From NCBI RefSeq assembly GCF_006345805.1, contig NW_021832415.1:1-64000 (forward strand): DNA of 64,000 nt, written 5' to 3'. The position numbers were made by a program, and so were the translations under genes. This DNA comes from Octopus sinensis. Lineage: Eukaryota. This document shows positions 59,619 through 64,000 of the stretch, piece after piece; the stretch's first letter is position 1; each line of letters opens with the position of its first letter. The notes under the pieces are model-generated. The model was given only the letters and a program-made list of their open reading frames with translations. It was not told where the DNA came from and searched no databases.

Positions 59619-62600
59619 CTTGTTATGTTTAAAACCTATCTGTACATCTAAACTTTTCAAGTCTATTCAAATGGTATAAATAAGTCCATTCTTTCCTCAT
59701 AAGAAAACAATCTTTTATTAACAAAGTCGTTCAAACTGTTTTACCTGCTGCTGCACGTTATTAAAGAAATATAGATAGACAGTCTCAGATACTCAGGATT
59801 AGCTGTATCGTTCCGAATGGCACGTGTTTTCCTCATTCGGTCTAAATTTAAACTTGGTTTTTTATCCACGTTCTAGAAAAGTGGATCAATGAGCCCTACT
59901 TTGTTAGAAAATTGAGCAGCTGTGAGTTGGCGGTGGGGATAAGTCAGATAACTCGAATTCAACTTTTCAAACTACATTCAATAGACTCTAACATTCAACT
60001 GTCCTCATGTGGACATCACAATTGATGCAATATCGACCAGAGTGATTCTACAGGCCATTCGGTTTGATGTAATGTTAGAGAAGCGAGTGAAATAACTCTA
60101 GAACTCAAAACAACGAACTTGACTGGGTGGCATGATAAAGTGACTATAACGAGTAATTGAGGCAGAGATATATAGGCACATCGGCACTCCCGTGTTTGCA
60201 GACCTGTTTTCCCTCACATTCCTTAGCATTGGTCGTCCAATGCCAGTCAAACAGGTGGTTTTCAGGACAATAAAAGTCACGGTCCAACTCAATTACCTAA
60301 AATCTGGCCTTCTGCCTTTCACGAACACTTTTTTGCCAAAATATCCGAATAATATCACCCACTAAAAATCCCTTTTTGCATTCCAAAATTTACACGCATA
60401 CAAGCAGCCAAATGCTTGGTTTCGCTTCGTCTGCCTTGCTTCCCTGATGCTCCATCACTTGTGAGTAAAATAGAACATAGCTGGTAAAAATTGATGTTGG
60501 CCATTGGTCATTATTTTATAGACAATGGAGATTAATAAACTAGTATCATACTTTGTCAGGTTATTCTCTTTTGTTAAAAATTTGAAATATTTACGAGTCC
60601 AAACTGAAACTGCGAAACATCACCGACATGAGTCTCTTTCGGCCAGACTAAACAAGAACATAAAAATTTGTTGAAGAAACTGACATTTTTGGAAGAAAGG
60701 TTATAATTTCGAGTGATTTGGGATATTCTCGAATACTCTTAGGCAAACTAATAATAATAGAAAGTACTTTCAGAGATTGTCTGGTTGACGATGTGCAAAA
60801 GTGGTGAGTGCAGTGCGACTATTCGATTTACTTTACGAGTTGATTTGTAAGCAAAATAGAGAATTCTCGTTAGTTACGAACCCATAAACGCCTAAGTTAG
60901 TAAACTATGGTTAACCTATCTTTAAAAAAAAGCCTAATAAATTAAGCACGCTGATACACGTAATTGGTTTAGTTTGTGTTATTTATCGGTATTTTTCACA
61001 TTCTTATTTAATTTGATTTGGAAGGAATAATTCTTTATGAACTTTCTTTTACTGATTAAAGAATTTGAAATTTCATATTTTTATCATTTATTACGATTTT
61101 ATTCCTTCAAAGTCAATTTTTTGTATTATTTTAATATGAGTCATTTATATATGAAAACTATCTGAGATGATGGTTCAAATGAATTTTTCTTTATCCTATC
61201 TTCAAAAACACCTTTATGCTTCATAATTATATCTAGAGTCATTTCACGAAACTAAAATATTGATTATTAAAAATATTTTTGAAAGTTCTCCCTATTTGCT
61301 CAACAGTCGGTTTGGGATACTTCTAAAATTGTTCTATATTCATGAAACCTCAATTTATCAAGAATTTGTGTAATCAGACGGACATTCTCTGAAAATTCCG
61401 GTAAGAAATTCTTTGAAAAGATGTAATTTTGTAATTCCGTCTTTATTTAAAAGATTAAAAAATAAATACATTTTCGACTCTTATAGTTGTATTCTATTGT
61501 TCTTCTGGAGTCTGCGGCAAGCAAGATTTCTCCACGATATTTGATTTTTTATAATTGTAGTTCCACACTCAATTAATTGCAAGTTAAAAACAAATTTTCA
61601 TCACTTTACATCTGACAAAAATTATTTTGGCTTCTCTTTTTCTATTAATCGATTTGATTTATATTTTTCAAATTATAATACAGTGGAACTTGTCTAAACC
61701 GGACTCCGACGGGACCATGAAAATCGGCCGGCTTATAGAGAGATCCGGCTTATCAAGGTTTTGCATTAACTTGCATTTATTTTCAAAACGCTTTTTCTTG
61801 CTGTTTCCATTTTCATCGTACACTCCATGTAATAAAAAACCGGATTTTCGAATGCTTAATTTTTTTGATGTTCTGTTTTTAATTTTAGACTTTTTTTTAA
61901 TTTATAATGATAATCTTCGTAACTTTTCTTTTTATAATTTTTCAATAATATTTTTGTACAGCTAAACTGACTATATTAAATTTTTTCTGTGTTCAAAAAA
62001 CCGGATTAGAAAAAAGTCAAATGATTAATAATTAATGTGTCCTCCGTGTGCCTTATAAAGCTCAATGCTTCTTCTTGGCATGCTTTCAGTTAATTTTTTC
62101 ACAAATTCCATTGGTATTTCGTCCCAAATTTTTATGATATTTTCGCATAAATCCTTTTTACTATGCAGCTTTTTTTTACTCAGTTCTTCCTTTATGTAGC
62201 TCCACGCATGTTCAAATCATTAGTAATTTTAGTTCTGCGTCTTCAATCCAAAAAATCGGAATTTTAGGCTATTTATTCGTATATAAACTTTTCCATCAAC
62301 AAGAGAAAAGGTTTCTAAATGCTGTTTGACTTTATATCTCTCTTTCTTATCCAAAAGTTCATCGAAATTTTGGGATTCTTTACATTTTTTGATTTTTGAC
62401 AACGTATCTCTAGTCAAAACCATAGACCCATTTTTCTTTTTAAAAATAATTGATAAATATGTATTTATGACTTTTAATAAATTTCAAAATAAAGTTTTTA
62501 ATAAAATTAATTATTAAGTCTTTTGATTCTTTCAGCCTGACATCAAGAATGTAATCTGAACAAAAAAATTTTTAAATCGTAAAAATTTTAGACATATTCA

Positions 62601-62707
62601 CGTGTTAATTGTGAAATAATAAGATGTTAAAAAATTTCCCATCAAATTTATAAGGACCTGAAATAGACACAAAAATGTACACTCTATCATGGGATCTTTT
62701 ATTAATA

Positions 62708-63393
62708 TAGGGTTTTCGGATCAATATAATAACTTTTCGAATCATATAATAATTTTTCGAACCAATATAATAATTTTTCGAATCAATATAATAATTTTTC
62801 GAATCAATATAATAATTTTTAAATTCAAAAAGAGTAAATTATCGTTATTCTTGAATCACTTCAGAATTTGAGCATCTATTCAAATACGTTAACATCTTTC
62901 TGTAGAAGGATCCGCAATGTTCACTTGTTATTTCGTTGAATTTAGATGTAATTAGGCATCTAAGATCTTTTTCATTCTTGGCTTTACCACGGACTACCAA
63001 GTTTTTCCATACTGAAAAAACATTTTCAATAGGATTTAAAAATGGACAGTATGGTGGCAAAAAATTCCTGTAGTTGATACTTCAGTATCATTTTCCAGTC
63101 CACGGTAGTGTAAAAATAGGATTAGATATTATTTGTCGGCGAACCATCGCTGGTTCGATTGAATATTCAGAAGCATTTTGATTATGTGAATCCATTAACG
63201 GTAAATTCAGGTCAATAAAATTTAAATTTTATTTAAATTTAAAAATTATTATAGATTCGAAAAATTATTATATTGGTTCGAAAAATTATTATATTGATTC
63301 GAAAAATTATTATATTGGTTCGAAATATTATTATATGATTCGAAAAGTTATTATATTGGTTCGAAAAATTATTATATTGATCCGAAAACTCTA
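62708..63393 (-). mobile_element. Non-autonomous Tc1/IS630-like element (686 bp) with long TIRs built from 21-bp sub-repeats; absent from copy A
   Basis: Ends TAG(G/A)GTTTTCGGA with flanking TA; 5-6 copies per end of TCGAA(T/C)CAATATAATAATTTT; remnant PPYCPFLNPIENVFSVWK; empty site near 54305-54320. Confidence 0.92.
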
Positions 63394-64000
63394 TAAATAA
63401 AATTTACGTGGTTGATTTAGTTATATGTACGTGTTTATTTGATTTGATTTGGAAGGACTAGCTCTATCAACTTTCATTTACTAATTATAGAATTTGAAAT
63501 TCAATTATTTTTATTATTTATTTTGATTTTATTTCTTTAAAGTCAATTTTTGATTTTATTTCTTTAGAGGTCCAGTTAGGTCAATTGTAGTCCACAGTTC
63601 AGTGAGTCGAACAAATGTCTGAAGATTTATGATAAGTTTATAGATTGCCCGAAAAGACTCGAAATGTATGAAATAGTCTACAACTTGATATATATTCATA
63701 ATAGTTATTTACTTGCTATTCGCGAGTAATTTTTTTATTATCATAATTACCCTGGACTTCTCCAGTGGAACTATACTCCTCGATATTCATTAATTTTGTA
63801 CCGAAATGTCACTTTGTAAAAATAAAGCAGCATTTGTGGGTGACTTTTTGGTATCTCAGGTCTACTCTCTTTGAATAATATCAGCATTGAAAAAAAATGA
63901 TTTGCCGACATGTCCTTTTCTTATCTCCTGGATAGCTAATCTATAATGAATGACTATAGTTTTGTCATTTATTTTTGTTTTTTCTAAAAAGTTTATCTGT

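Larger units (their letters stand above)
59209..64000 (+). repeat. Direct segmental duplication, copy B (runs off the window)
   Basis: Matches 48249 onward. Lacks A 48539-48894, ~50289-50779, the pogo at 52348-54054 and ~54460-54665; contains the extra element at 62708-63393. Confidence 0.95.

Noticed and set aside
62717-63385. 21-bp repeat arrays suggestive of CRISPR or iterons
   Set aside because: The repeats are contiguous without spacers, mirror-symmetric at the two ends of a transposon, and in a eukaryotic context with no cas genes.
27200-63393. Fanzor/TnpB cargo in the IS630/Tc1-like elements
   Set aside because: No RuvC or CxxC...DRD.NA motifs were seen in any frame I read. An HMM scan would be needed to exclude a very degraded copy.

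Overview
This is AT-rich eukaryotic (animal) genomic DNA, not prokaryotic. The host genes I can reconstruct are a KSR-like (pseudo)kinase, Arp3, a SAFB/SLTM-like RRM protein, mucolipin/TRPML, a HIG1-domain protein and LRR-receptor-like genes. Nearly all are split by tiny GT-AG introns of about 22-30 nt, which suggests a genome-reduced parasitic metazoan (myxozoan- or dicyemid-like; the species cannot be determined here). They sit among nested, mostly decayed transposons (CRE/RLE, R4-like, RTE and Jockey/I-like non-LTR elements; hAT-Buster, pogo/Tigger, Tc1/IS630-like, MULE, Ginger) and intron-retaining host-gene fragments (IDH, PSMA4, EGFR-like, actin-like, MEMO1). The right end holds a diverged direct duplication (48249-~55100 vs 59209-64000+) whose junction carries TTAGGG-like repeats. 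Most notable observations: (1) a hAT-Buster element with intact ends and a perfect 8-bp TSD, in which the transposase core is replaced by an intron-containing antisense fragment of the condensin gene NCAPG (Pack-hAT); (2) three CRE-clade RLE retroelement insertions whose 9-10 bp TSDs all begin with AATT; (3) a complete Ginger element with a 6-bp TSD and micro-introns conserved between diverged copies. All assignments come from reading, translating and splicing by eye against remembered family motifs; no database searches were run, and fragment boundaries are approximate.
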